Source: Negaprion brevirostris (taxonomy: Eukaryota). From it: a stretch of DNA of 64,000 nucleotides. The position numbers were made by a program, and so were the translations under genes. The notes below the pieces were generated by a model, which did not search any database, had not been told where the DNA came from, and saw only the letters and a program-made list of their open reading frames with translations. Where the stretch lies: the NCBI GenBank assembly GCA_030324005.1, contig JARDVH010000031.1:71062287-71126286 (forward strand), given 5' to 3'. Every line of letters starts with the position of its first letter. Positions within the stretch are counted from its first letter, which is position 1. Shown here piece after piece: positions 12,457 through 24,554 of the stretch.

Positions 12457-12654
12457 TACATCATTGCCATCCTTCTATCTACATAAGGTGAAGAACATGC
12501 AAGAAATAAAATCTGATGGTTGGTTCAGATATAGGCCATCCCAACGATACAGTCACAACTTTCCTCAGTGCTGACACCAGGGCCGCACAAACTGAAATCC
12601 ACTTCTCCCACGCCAATCATTAAGCCACGTATTCATCTCTCTAATTTTATGTGC

Positions 12655-12968
12655 TCTTTGCCAATATGCATATGGCTCAGGTAATAATCCAGAGATTATA
12701 ACCTTCGGAGGCCCTGTGGTTTAATTTAGTGCTTAGCTTTGAAATTCTCCATGCAGAACCTCTTTCCTCATTCTACCTATATCATTGGTACCTACATGAA
12801 TCACAACAACGGCATCCTTCTCCTCCTACACCAAGTTCATCTCCAGCCTGGAGCAGGTATCTTGAACCCTGGCACTGGGAAGGTAACACAGCCATCTAGA
12901 CACTGTCTCTTTGCTGCAGAGTACAGTGTCAATCCCCCTCACTATACTATCTCCTACTATCGCTACCT
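12655..12968 (-). mobile_element. CR1 ORF1 SGNH-esterase fragment (decayed)
   Basis: Manual minus-strand translation: VAIVGDSIVRGID ... VVVIHVGTNDIG ... KVIISGLLP, with stops. GDS and GxND are the SGNH blocks. Confidence 0.8.
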
Positions 12969-13444
12969 TTTTTCCCATTATGGGTCTAGTGCACTTGACT
13001 GCCAACTGTAATAGATATCATTGTATCTGTGTTCATGTTCACAAACACGCCTATGATAAGCCCTAGCCTTGATCTCCTTGAAGACATCCTTCAAGCATAC
13101 CTTCTTAAAATATCCTGACTGCTGCTTGAGAAGTGAACATTAACCTGGATGTGCCTGTGCTGCTGGTTACTTATCACCTAGAGACAGATTGGATTGAAAT
13201 TTTTAATGTTCATTAACATGAGCGATTTGTTTAGGAGGTTGAGTCATCATTAAATGTCTGGACTTGGAGTGATTTCTTGTTCCACTGTAGCTTTGTCATA
13301 CACAAAGATTATCCAAGAGACAAAGACCAGTGGCCTGCTTAATGCTTCTCTGCATTGCCCAATGTTTTGGTAGCATTAGCAAAATACTAAGCTGAAAGGC
13401 CTTTGCTTGGTCCTAAAATATCAGAATAGTGTCAGGAAGAATGA

Positions 13445-13610
13445 CCTTGACATAATATTCTTTGTGTGGCCAAAGCGCTGTATAACCAATTGGTTATTTT
13501 TGAGTGCAGTCAGTGTTATGTAGAAAAACATGGTAGATAGTTGGAGCAGAAGGAAAACTAATGAGTTGATTTAACAATTTATTTACTATGATGTGTTTAG
13601 GAGAGGAATA
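13445..13610 (-). mobile_element. DeuSINE 3' remnant
   Basis: ccaaagcgctgtataaccaat...ttttgagtgcagtcagtgttatgtagaaa resembles the reverse complement of the Deu domain/tail; highly diverged. Confidence 0.4.
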
Positions 13611-13611
13611 A

Positions 13612-14110
13612 GAACATAATAAAGAAACATAAGGAACAGGAGTAGGTCAAGTTGTCAAACCCCTTCAGAATCTTACCATCAGCCGATCAACCTCCCATGT
13701 GGGACCTTGTCAAAAACCTTGTTAAAGTCCAAGTAAACTACATTAAATGCATTGCTCTCATCTACACACCCGGTCACTTCTTCAAAAAATTCAGCCAAGC
13801 TGGTCAGACATGACCTCCCCTTAACAGAACCATGCTGACTCTTTTTGATTAATCCCTGCCTCTCCAAATGCAGATTAATTCTGTTTCTCAGAATTCTTCC
13901 ACTAGCTTCCCCAGGTTAGACTGACTGGCTTGTGGCTCCTAGGTTTATCCCTCCCTCCCTTCTTGAATAATGGTTCCACATTGGCTGTCCTCCAGTCCTT
14001 TGGCACCTCTCCTTTGGACAGAGAGGAATTGAAAATTATTGCCAGTGCCTTTGCTATTTCCTCTCATGCCTCACTCAACACCCTGGAGTACATTTCATTC
14101 AGTCCTGCTG
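13612..14110 (-). mobile_element. CR1 LINE: tail joined to an RT fragment (internal deletion)
   Basis: (aagaacat)n tail + ggaacaggagtagg; ORF 13679-13867 reads SQHGSVKGRSCLTSLAEFFEEV...VVYLDFNKVFDKVPHGRL. Confidence 0.85.
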
Positions 14111-14114
14111 GTCT

Positions 14115-14830
14115 CAGTCATCTCTCCATCATGATGTCACGCATGCACTTCTGACCAGGTCTCTGTCACACTTCTTCATTGATGTTGTCATCTCTCCATG
14201 TGATGCCTAAGATTTTGTATATGCAATGCTCGTGAAAAATGTTGAACTTACATGACACCTTTGCTGTCCTTAGTCATGTCTCCCTGACAAAGATTGCAAT
14301 TGGTACTACTAAAGACACATGTAGTTGGAGCTTCATGGCTGTGTTGACGGTATTGACTTTGTGTAGATGCTGGAAGACTGATGCTGCTTTGCTGATTCTT
14401 GTGCGGAAGTTGATCTCNNNNNNNNNNNNNNNNNNNNNNNNNNNNNNNNNNNNNGGGAAGTGGTCGACATCATGGTGATGTGAAGCGCTTTGTTGCCACC
14501 TAGTCTTGCTGTCTGGGTCTTCTCACATCTGATGTGTAGAACAACCTTGGTCTATTTTCAAGACTGGTAGTCACACCTAGGAGGGCGCATGATTCATTGA
14601 CCGGCAAGGCAATGTTGCCGACGAAATCCAGGTCCACCAATTCATCATGTTGTCGTGGGATCATAAAGTCTGCACTCACCATTGCCTTCCACGTGGTGAA
14701 ATTGATAACCAAGAGGAAAAGGAATAAGGAAGATATGTCACCTCTCTGCACTCCTGTGACGATGTTCGAAGAACCTGTGGCTCCCATGCTGACTATTGAG
14801 GGTGGCAGCAAGTGAGCCAAGTTGACAATA
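14115..14830 (-). mobile_element. RTE-clade LINE RT fragment
   Basis: ORF 14500-14820: TGVQRGDISSLFLFLLVINF ... LVDLDFVGNIAL, a decayed form of GVRQGCILSPxLFLLVID ... LxDLDFADDIAL. Confidence 0.7.
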
Positions 14831-14934
14831 CAAAGATTTTTTAAGACAATTTTTTAAAAGTTCATGATTCCTTGAACTAGGAGACCCAGCTGGTGGCTCA
14901 AGATATTGTTGGATAGTTTCACATTGCATTCTTC

Positions 14935-15500
14935 ATCACAAAGAATTTTTTGTATGATGGTATAGGACTTTGGTTAGACCAGGCCTGGAGTATTGTGCAC
15001 AGTTTTGGTCCCCATGTATAGGAAAGGGTATGCTTGGCCTACAAGGTGCTGGTTTGCTAGGTTGATTCCTGGGGTATGCAGGTTGTTCTTTTATCAGAGG
15101 CTGGGGCCATATCCTTTGGAGTTTAGAAGAATGAGAGGAGATTTCATTGCAGCATTCAACATTTGAATTCAACTTGACAGGGTAAACATGAGAGAGGTTG
15201 TTTTTCCTGGCTGGAGAATCTAGAGCATTAGGGCACAGCCTCAGAGTAAGGGTTAGGATTGAGAAGAAATTTCTTCTGTCAGATGGTTGTGAATCTTTGA
15301 AATTTGCAAGTCGAAGGGTGCTCCATTATTGAATGCATTCAAGACTGAGTTAGATTGATTTTTGATCTCTCAGAGAACCCAAAGTGGACAGGAAAGTGGT
15401 GTTCAGGAAGAAGATCAGCCACAGTCATGTTAAATGTGGAAACGTCTCAAGAAGCTGTGTAGCCTAGCCCTGCTCTTATTTCATATGTTCTTATGCTCTT
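14935..15500 (+). mobile_element. CR1 LINE 3' end
   Basis: ttggttagacc...ctggagtattgtgcacagttttggtccc (LVRPxLEYCAQFWSP); ends in atgttcttatgctctt. Confidence 0.8.
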
Positions 15501-15935
15501 AGTCACACACCATGGTTTGAACTTAGACTAACGTTTGTGTTTTTCTCTTTCCAAATATTTGATCTTTATTGGGCAAAGCTGAATGCATGCTGGATATTTA
15601 CCCATTGCGGGGTAGCATAACATTTTGACTAAGTCACCTCAGGCAATCCCTGTGCACATTGCAGCAATTAGCCAACAATGACATTGGGAGATGCCAGACA
15701 GTAAGGTGCCTGTCTTTGTGCATGTCAGCACAGTATTAGTTTCATATGGAAGACTATGATTGAATAAAAGAGAATAATTAGCAAATGGAGAAATATCAAA
15801 ATTGTCTAAGAACATAACAAGGGCGGTGTAGTACCTTTGTTAGCAGATGTGAGACAAAAAACACTATTATTGAGAAAAACAGCATAAATTTGTATTTCTG
15901 GCACTATGTCAGATTTTTCTTGAGTTGTTCTCAGG

Positions 15936-15951
15936 TGTTGCTATGGCAACA
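15936..15951. promoter_or_regulatory. RFX X-box candidate
   Basis: tGTTGCTATGGCAACa, a near-perfect palindromic X-box in apparently unique sequence. Confidence 0.4.
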
Positions 15952-16887
15952 TGTGAAGTTTAAGTGTTAGAAGCATTGGGGTTTTATTTTTTGGAATTCA
16001 GGGGCAGGTTTGGATTATTTATGTTCAGGAGGAGGTGATGGTGAGGAGAAATAACATATGGATTGGTAGAATGGTTAGTGTCCACCCCATTGCTTGTTTG
16101 GCTTGCTGCGCCATTGTGGAAAATGGCAAGTGGAGGCCAGAGGTTTCCCTCAGAGGGAAAATCAGAATAAAACCCATCCCTGTGAAAAACAAGTTCTAGC
16201 TGTTCTACACATCTTCCAACATAATGTTGCAAAGATATCTTGTCACATTTAAAAAGTGGACTGTAGGGCTTAAAAAATTATAACAGCATGAGGAGAATAT
16301 TTAACTTGCTGTTTTGCAGGAGCTTACTGAACTGGACAGTTTATATCTACTTGGATATCATGTTGCCACCAATGCCTCATGCTAATATTTCCACCCAAAT
16401 CCCCTTCTCCAACATGAATCTCTTAGAATGAGGAGGTGTTAAGAATACCAATCTGTACTGTTTCCTTTGTTAAATTGGGAATTTGAATCAAGTCATGAAA
16501 TTGCTTCATTTGAACTGGTGGAGAAGAATCACCTTTCATTTTCCCAGTCCCATTCACACCCCTAAGCAGTTCGCAAATCCTCCCATTGAAGGGGAAAATC
16601 ACACATGAGAGGATAGAGTGTGTGGGAGTAGAGGATTGCCCTTGGGTAGAGGAGTGCAGAGTCCAACCCCTACCTTCTGCTCACGATTGTGNNNNNNNNN
16701 NNNNNNNNNNNNNNNNNNNNNNNNNNNNNNNNNNNNNNNNNNNNNNNNNNNNNNNNNNNNNNNNNNNNNNNNNNNNNNNNNNNNNNNNNNNNNNNNNNNN
16801 NNNNNNNNNNNNNNNNNNNNNNNNNNNNNNNNNNNNNNNNNNNNNNNNNNNNNNNNNNNNNNNNNNNNNNNNNNNNNNNNNNNNNNN

Positions 16888-17105
16888 CCGTTGAAGTGGT
16901 GGAGGCTACCTCGCTAAATATATTTAAGTCACGGGTAGATAGGTTTTTGACAGACAAGGGAATTGAGGGTTGTGGGGAGAGGGCGGGAATGTTGAACTGA
17001 TCCACTTCAGATCAGCCATGACCTTATTGAATGGCGAGGCAGGCTCGAAGGGCTGGATGGCCTACTCCTGCTCCTATTTCTTATGTTCTTATGTTGTTCT
17101 TATGT
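16888..17105 (+). mobile_element. Young CR1 LINE 3' end (5' part lies in a gap)
   Basis: EVVEATSLNIFKSRVDRFLTDKGIEG C-terminus; CpG-rich 3' UTR; (ttatgttc)n tail. Confidence 0.85.
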
Positions 17106-18825
17106 CCTGGCGCTGGGGTAGATTTAAGGAAGCAACATTACTATTTATAGAATACATCTTGGCAAATTCATTCAATAGTGTACATTCTACACATAAATGG
17201 CTGTACATGATTGGTTGGGGCACATTTAAGCTAATTAGCTATCACTATTCAAATGATATGCAAATGATTGGCAACAAGGGGTTAAAATGGCAACCACTCA
17301 ATGGGTTGGTTATAGTTAGGGTGAACACATGTGGGAAAACAGTCCCTGTTGCACTCAAACCCAGAATAAATGCATGCGTTTTCATTTGTTATTGTCTAAA
17401 TAATTGTTGCACCAGTAGTTTTGTTGTAATGTATTTTTTTTTAAACTGTACAGCTCATCAGTCTTATACAGCAGACCGGGGACCACTTAAAAATACTTGG
17501 GATCACTTTTGCATTATAGTAAGTGCCATGATCATTTGTTTTGTTTGCATTGAGGTTTTCATTTCTCTATCTTCTAATTAGTGGGCATAAATATCCTGCT
17601 ATTTTACCAAGGAGACAAAAGGGATGACTCTTCTTCTAGTCATTCCCAATGACAGCATCAGTCAATTAAAGCACAATTTGATGAAAAAAGGGCAAGTTTG
17701 GCTGAGCTTCCAATCCAGCAGCTAGTCATTTTGCTTCAGTCAAGGCCCTTCAGGAATCTTTATACACCAGCCCATTAACAAGTATTACATTAACAAGGGC
17801 AGTTTATTATGATGGAAGTGAATCACTCATCTACATAATTAACAGGCTGCATTTTCTTTAGCTGTCAAGCTATAACAGCTTTTTTCCTTGCAAATTGCCG
17901 CTTCTGCTACCATATTTGACACAAAGAGTTTCAAGACTGAATGGAAAGGCAGGATCGCTGATGTTTTCAATCTAACAGCACACAAAGCATACATAGAGGG
18001 CACTTAAACTCTTTATATTTTCTAGTTTACACATTGCCACTACTGATGTTAGAGAAAGGCTCATTAGGACCAGCTGCATACATTTCTCCTTGTAAATCAG
18101 CAACATGACAATGGTGGCGGGAGTTCTTCCAGCATTTTCTGCCTTCCCCTTGTGAGGGAATCCTCATCCACAGATTGCTAGGAAAGGTGGAGTGGGAGTG
18201 GGGGGAAATAACGAGAGTTACTAATAAAGTAAGCCATTTCTATCGATGATGGTTGTCAGGAGCTGCAATACGCATGCACTTTTGTCACCAATTGCCGATT
18301 ATTCTAATAGTCAAGAACTGGATGCGTGCCAGATCATGAAAAAGGGTTCCGGTGCTGCCATGGTTTCACAAGTTCTAGGTTCTCAGTGTTTTAAAAGCAA
18401 AGGCTGAATGAAACGGCCTCATTGTAGATGTAATGCATGTGCAACTGCACTCCATTCATTGATAAAATTGTTCAAGATTGCATTTATAAAATTGGTACAG
18501 CTTGATGATTAATGCTGAGTCAAATTTCCCCCTCCCTGCCTCCTCCCCTCTTTCCTGACGGTGCTGATGGCCGCTGGGGTTAAGCTTCCATCAAAGCTTG
18601 CTATATGAATGTATCTTGCCCAAGTGACCATTCTTCATACGCAGGTCTAATTAATTATTGCCAACCCATTCAACTTGAAAGGCATCACTTCACAATAACA
18701 CACATTTACTTTCAAGCAGAGGTTATCAATCAACACTGATTGATTTGTTTTTCACTCTTCTAGACTTCTAGTATGGCAGCAATTGTGGCTTCCATACTGC
18801 TGTCTTGAGCTAGATAAGCTAACAG

Positions 18826-19062
18826 AATTCTGTAGAAAAGTCACACGGACTTGAAACGTTGGCTGAAATTTTACTGTCCCGCCCTCCACAAAACTGGAGT
18901 GGGCGAGGGGCAGATAATGGAAATGTCCATTGACATCGGGCAGGATTTTGTGGTTTAAGAATGATCGAGGCCGTAAAATCCTGCCCGTTAACTTCATTAC
19001 TCTCTCTCCACAGATAATACCAGACCTATTGAGCTTATCCAGCATTTTCTGTTTTCATTACA
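18826..19062 (+). mobile_element. Penelope-like terminus (family A) with hammerhead motif, split by a MITE
   Basis: CTGTAGA-aaagtcacacggactt-GAAA-c-GTT|MITE|GTT-aact...ctctctccacagat...gacctattgag...tccagcattttctgtttt. Confidence 0.75.
18861..18986. mobile_element. MITE (Harbinger-like), 126 bp, TSD GTT
   Basis: TIRs ggctgaaattttac / gtaaaatcctgccc; GTT at 18858-60 and 18987-89. Confidence 0.8.
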
Positions 19063-19194
19063 GAAACCTACTACCTTAGCATACTTTCACCTTTATAGCT
19101 GATGTTCATGGCCCATTATAGACCTGCTTCTGAGTAGATATTTCCATGCGTTACTGAGAGATAACTGCATTATTGGAAAGTTAAATTTTTGAGT

Positions 19195-19870
19195 TTTTTT
19201 ATTGGTGTCACAAGTCGGCTTACATTAACATTGGAATGAAGTTACTGTGAAAATCCCCTAGTCGCCGCATACTGGTGTCTCTTCAGGTACACTGAGGGAG
19301 AATTTACATAAGAACATAAGAACATAAGAAATAGGAGCAGGAGTTGGCCATCTAGCCCTTCGAGCCTGCCCTGCCATTCAATAAGATCATGGCTGATCNN
19401 NNNNNNNNNNNNNNNNNNNNNNNNNNNNNNNNNNNNNNNNNNNNNNNNNNNNNNNNNNNNNNNNNNNNNNNNNNNNNNNNNNNNNNNNNNNNNNNNNNGC
19501 TGCGTCTGCTCTATCAAGCAATTCCCCTCAAGATGCCTCGCTATTTCCTCCTTGATGACGGATTCTAACATTTTGCCTACAACAGACGTTAAACTAACCG
19601 GCCTATAATTCCCTGCCTTTTGCCTGCCACCCTTCCTAAACAAGGGCGTGACATTTGCTGTTTTCCAATCTTCCGGCACTTCCCTTTAGCATGACCAATG
19701 CACCTAACCAGCACATCTTTCAGACTATAGGTGGAAACCAGAACATCTGGAGGAAATCCACGCAGGCACGGGGAGAACATGCATACTTCACACAGTGGCC
19801 CAAGCCAAGAATTGAACCCGAGTCCCTGGCGCTATAAGGCAGCAGTGCTAATCACTGTGCCACTGTGCTG
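19195..19870 (-). mobile_element. V-SINE (alternative tail) interrupted by a young CR1
   Basis: SINE breaks after gggagaattta (19306) and resumes at tttagcatg (19685); ttta is duplicated. Confidence 0.85.
19307..19684 (-). mobile_element. Young CR1 LINE (interior collapsed into a gap)
   Basis: (cataagaa)n tail; undecayed PEDWKTANVTPLFRKGGRQKAGNYRPVSLTSVVGKMLES. Confidence 0.9.
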
Positions 19871-19879
19871 TCCCTATTC

Positions 19880-20525
19880 AGGAAGACCTGCTGAATTAAG
19901 GACCAATCAGCAATTTAACTGGGCAGTGGTGCACCTTCCCAGGAATCAAGGATCTCATGGACAAAAGTGCCATCTGACAAAAGCCTGTCAGCCAGTCATA
20001 AATTGGCAGCTCTTCATTGCTCAGCAGTGCCATCAGGGAGGTATTGCACCCTCCTGAGGCCCTAGCAGTGGACCCAGGAAAGGTGATTGATCGTGGGATA
20101 GTGTTTGGGGTCATGGAGGACAGTTGTCAGCTCTGGTCATGGGGGTGGGTGGCTCTCAGTGGGCCTCCCCTTCCTGATACTGGGTCCCTCAATGAGGATC
20201 CCCCCCACTCCAAATCTGTCATTCCTCCAGCAGCCCATTATAAGCTCATCAGGGTTTACCTTTCAGGCTTCCTGCATGGCAAGTCCCCTGCTCGCAACTG
20301 GGTAAACACCCATATGGCAGGATAAGGTCCATAAGAAGGCATTAATTGTCCACAAGGGTTTGAAATGGTGGCGGGGTGACAAAGCTGTCTACAAGTCTTC
20401 GTGCCATGGACCTAACTGAGGCAGAAGTAGGAAGGCAGTGAGGTCCTCACCCATTACCTTCTCACCCAGTTAAATACCCTTCCCACCATCAGACTCATCA
20501 TGGGGGAGGACATTAAACTCTACTC
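19880..20525. mobile_element. Degenerate non-autonomous DNA-transposon remnant
   Basis: GC-rich sequence resembling 32320-32990 and 55200-56438 (ccaatcag, aattg.ccac, ggcag..gg motifs); ends not resolved. Confidence 0.4.
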
Positions 20526-20935
20526 ATGAAGAATGTTCTGGTAAATGGTACCAAACTTATTTGAAATCTCTATGAGAGAACTAGGGATTGGAAGAGGTGC
20601 TTATACATCTTTGTTGCCTAAATCAGTTTTGCCAATTCTTACCTGGGCAACTGATTAACCAAGTAAAATCACCATTCGCTGACTGATCTCCACCACTGTA
20701 TAGACATAGCTGCTGAGGAAGGTCAAATGTTTTGATGATCCAGTCTGTGAAATCCAAAGTGGCAAACATAGATTGGGTTAATTCCCCAATCAGGAATGCT
20801 AAGCACACTGTTCACCATTATAAATGATCAGATAAATTCATACACACAGTGCCATTTCAGAAGNNNNNNNNNNGAAGAAGGTATAGTCCAGTGTTGATTA
20901 GTGGTGGTATGGCCTAACAATAGATTCAAGACTTG

Positions 20936-21387
20936 AACAAAAACAAAGAAAAGTAGAGCACAGGAACAGGTCTTTCAGCCCTCCAAGCCTGTGTCCATCA
21001 TGATGCCCTAACTAAATTTAAAAAAAAACTTCTTTCCTTACTCAGTCCATATCCTTCTATTCCCTCCTAATCATGTGCCCATCCAGATGCTTCTTAAATA
21101 CTGCTGATGTGCCTACTTTCGCTACCTCCTTTGGGCAGTGCATTTCAGGCACCCACCACTCTCTGAGTGAAAAAATTCCCCTGAACATCTCCCTTAATCT
21201 TTCCCCCTCTTACCTTGAACCTGTGCCTCCTTGCAATTGGCACTTCCACCCTGGGAAAAGGCCTTTGACCATCCACCCTGTCTATGCCTCTCATAATTTT
21301 GTAGACCTCCATCAGGTCTCCCCTCAACCTCCATCTTTCCAGTAAAAACAATTGTAGTTTATTCAACCTTTCCTGATAGCCAACACC
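20936..21387 (-). mobile_element. CR1 (HER1-like) LINE 3' end
   Basis: ORF 21145-21504 reads YQERLNKLQLFLLERWRLRGDLMEVYKIMRGIDRVD...FFTQRVVGA; (aacaaag)n tail. Confidence 0.9.
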
Positions 21388-22348
21388 CTTGGGAAACACT
21401 ATCTTAGCCCTGGCTATTGGTAGATTCTGCGTATTTTGTCCCCTACAGCATCCACTATATCCCATTTGCAGGAACATGGGAATTGCCAGATAAAAAAAGA
21501 TCAAGGTCCATCTAGTTTGCCACTTATTATCCCAGCCGGCTCAGGATACAATGGCAATTTATAATGGCTACTATATCTTCTTACTACAGTTCTGTTCTGT
21601 TAGATAAAAAGTTTAAGGAATTAAAGTATAAAGCGTATGTAAACAAGTGGACTATATTCTTTAAATTTAATATTTTCAATTATCCAGTCACATAAACAGA
21701 GTGTGTCACTCAATCCCACTCCTCTACATGGAAGTATTCAATTGCTGAGCCCAGTTTTCAACAATGGGTTTCAATTTAAACCAGGTATAAGTTGCAGATT
21801 CAGCGTCGTAAGGATCATAAAGGGCAGTGAGAGAGNNNNNNNNNNNNNNNNNNNNNNNNNNNNNNNNNNNNNNNNNNNNNNNNNNNNNNNNNNNNNNNNN
21901 NNNNNNNNNNNNNNNNNNNNNNNNNNNNNNNNNNNNNNNNNNNNNNNNNNNNNNNNNNNNNNNNNNNNNNNNNNNNNNNNNNNNNNNNNNNNGTTACCAT
22001 ATAATGGTCCTTGATTTAAAGCAGGTGCTGTGGCATTCTGAATGTTCTCCCGTAGATTCTGACAAAATTGCCAACAGAAGTAAGGTAATCTGACAGGTTG
22101 CTGGGAATAGAGAGAAACAACAAATAAAGGAAATTGAGAGATAATCAATTGAATTTTTTTATTCACAATATGGCTAATTGGTTACTGAACTGTCTGTACA
22201 TTCTTCACATTATTGTGCAAATGTGTCTCACAGGTTGACAAAGCGTAGACAAAATGATTCGACAAACATTTTAGTTCTTTCCTCTGATGAACTTGGGAAT
22301 GTCGCCTCCAGAATTTAATCTTACATAGCATCACGAGTTTTTTTGAAA

Positions 22349-22635
22349 TTTAAGTTTATTTATTAATGTCACAAGTAGGCTTACATTAACACTGCAATAA
22401 AGTTGCTCTGAAAGTTCTCGCATCGCCACACAGCCGGCACCTGTTTGGGTACACTGAGGGAGAATTTAGCACCTAACCAGCATCTCTTTCGGACTGTAGG
22501 AAGCAACTGGAACACCCGAAGGAAACCCACGCAGAGAATGTGCAGACTCCATGCAAACAGTTGACCTAAGACGGGAATCAAACCTGGGTCCCTGGAACTG
22601 TGAGGCAGCAATATTAACCATTGTGCCACCATGCC
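22349..22635 (-). mobile_element. V-SINE, alternative-tail subfamily
   Basis: Full head, V-domain and tail, collinear with 11702 and 42892. Confidence 0.85.
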
Positions 22636-22649
22636 ATATTTGCAACATA

Positions 22650-23010
22650 AAAAAAAGGCCATTTGGTCTATTAAGTCTATGCTAATGTTTGATCGCCACA
22701 TGAACCTTCTCCTACCCAACTTCATTTAAACCCATTGATATATCCTTCTATTTTCTTTTCCCTCATGTGCTTACCCTTAAACACACCTTTGCTTGTTACT
22801 CTGTGTGTTAATAAGGTCCCACATTTTAACCACTCTCTGGACAAATTAATTTATTCTAAATGCCCATTAAATTTATTGTTGACAATCTTATAGTTATGAT
22901 CCCTAGTTCTCATCTCAGTCACAAGAAACATCTTCTCTACCCCTACCTTATAAACTCTGTCTATCACCCTAGCCCCCCCCAGCCTCTCCTTTCAACAGAA
23001 AAGAGCCCCA
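22650..23010 (-). mobile_element. Old CR1 LINE 3' end
   Basis: Collinear with 59395-59860 (cacattttaaccactctctgg...agcctctcctttc...gaaaagagccc). Confidence 0.65.
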
Positions 23011-23199
23011 AAAGGAAGAGAACATTAAAATGAGTGATAAGGACTCCTGACCATGTCTGGCACTCAGCCCTCTGCACTTCCAGATCATCCACCCTTGCAT
23101 TTTCTCCTCAGTCAGCATCTCAGTCCCTTCTCTTTCACACTATAGCACTTCCCCACATTTGTCCCTCTCAAATCCACCTGGATGAAGCGTGTCAACCCT

Positions 23200-23855
23200 A
23201 GAGAATGTCAGTGGTAGATAAACCCCCTCGACCATCCTCCCCACCCAACTCAAGCATGAGGTTATTGAGCAGTTGAGTTTATTCACTGGACTAATGCTTC
23301 CAGCTCTTTTGAGTCAGGGCCAATGCTCCAAAAGGGTTAAGAACTGGGCACCAATCAGTAGCAGATTCATATATTGCTTATATGTTGCCTTAATTGACAC
23401 AATTGTCTTGTCAAGGAAGCATCAGCAAGCTGATCAGGCAACTGGCTTTCTATTGTGGCAGGTGAGGCTTACCTGGCTGGCATGATGACCGCAATTAGTA
23501 TGCCAACCTCATCCTTAGAGGGCACCAGTGCTGTGCTTCTGTGTTCCTCTCTGCTACCCACTTTCTAGCTCCCATTCTGAAAAGGCACTCCTTCAGCAGC
23601 GATATGAACGCAGGCCCAGCAAGGAGTGCTGCCTGCATACCAGGCGGTAGGCCCTTTTAAACAAAGAGGCATCAACATGAAGGGAAGGTAAGGCTAGTGA
23701 GCAAACCCTCCCCCTGAGATGGTGACACTGAACCCCCCCCAACTACCCGCCACACCCCACCCCCCACCCCCAGCATCAAGCTCCTTTTGAACGATAAGTA
23801 TGACCTGAGCGCGGAACTCTGCTATCCACTTCGGAGGTGAGGTTGCCAGATTTAG
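23200..23855. mobile_element. Degenerate DNA-transposon-like remnant
   Basis: GC-rich, with ccaatcag and C-run motifs as in the other remnants; runs into a gap. Confidence 0.3.
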
Positions 23856-24476
23856 NNNNNNNNNNNNNNNNNNNNNNNNNNNNNNNNNNNNNNNNNNNNN
23901 NNNNNNNNNNNNNNNNNNNNNNNNNNNNNNNNNNNNNNNNNNNNNNNNNNNNNNNNNNNNNNNNNNNNNNNNNNNNNNNNNNNNNNNNNNNNNNNNNNNN
24001 NNNNNNNNNNNNNNNNNNNNNNNNNNNNNNNNNNNNNNNNNNNNNNNNNNNNNNNNNNNNNNNNNNNNNNNNNNNNNNNNNNNNNNNNNNNNNNNNNNNN
24101 NNNNNNNNNNNNNNNNNNNNNNNNNNNNNNNNNNNNNNNNNNNNNNNNNNNNNNNNNNNNNNNNNNNNNNNNNNNNNNNNNNNNNNNNNNNNNNNNNNNN
24201 NNNNNNNNNNNNNNNNNNNNNNNNNNNNNNNNNNNNNNNNNNNNNNNNNNNNNNNNNNNNNNNNNNNNNNNNNNNNNNNNNNNNNNNNNNNNNNNNNNNN
24301 NNNNNNNNNNNNNNNNNNNNNNNNNNNNNNNNNNNNNNNNNNNNNNNNNNNNNNNNNNNNNNNNNNNNNNNNNNNNNNNNNNNNNNNNNNNNNNNNNNNN
24401 NNNNNNNNNNNNNNNNNNNNNNNNNNNNNNNNNNNNNNNNNNNNNNNNNNNNNNNNNNNNNNNNNNNNNNNNNNNN

Positions 24477-24554
24477 GCTCCGAAAGCTTGTGGCTTGTGC
24501 TACCAAATAAACCTGTTGGACTTTAACCTGGTGTTGTGAGACTTCTTACTGTGC
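24477..24554 (+). mobile_element. Penelope-like terminal repeat (family B), young
   Basis: gctccGAAAgcttgtg...ccaaataaacctgttggactttaacctggtgttgtgagacttcttactgtg; the 5' half of the hammerhead lies in the gap. Confidence 0.75.
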
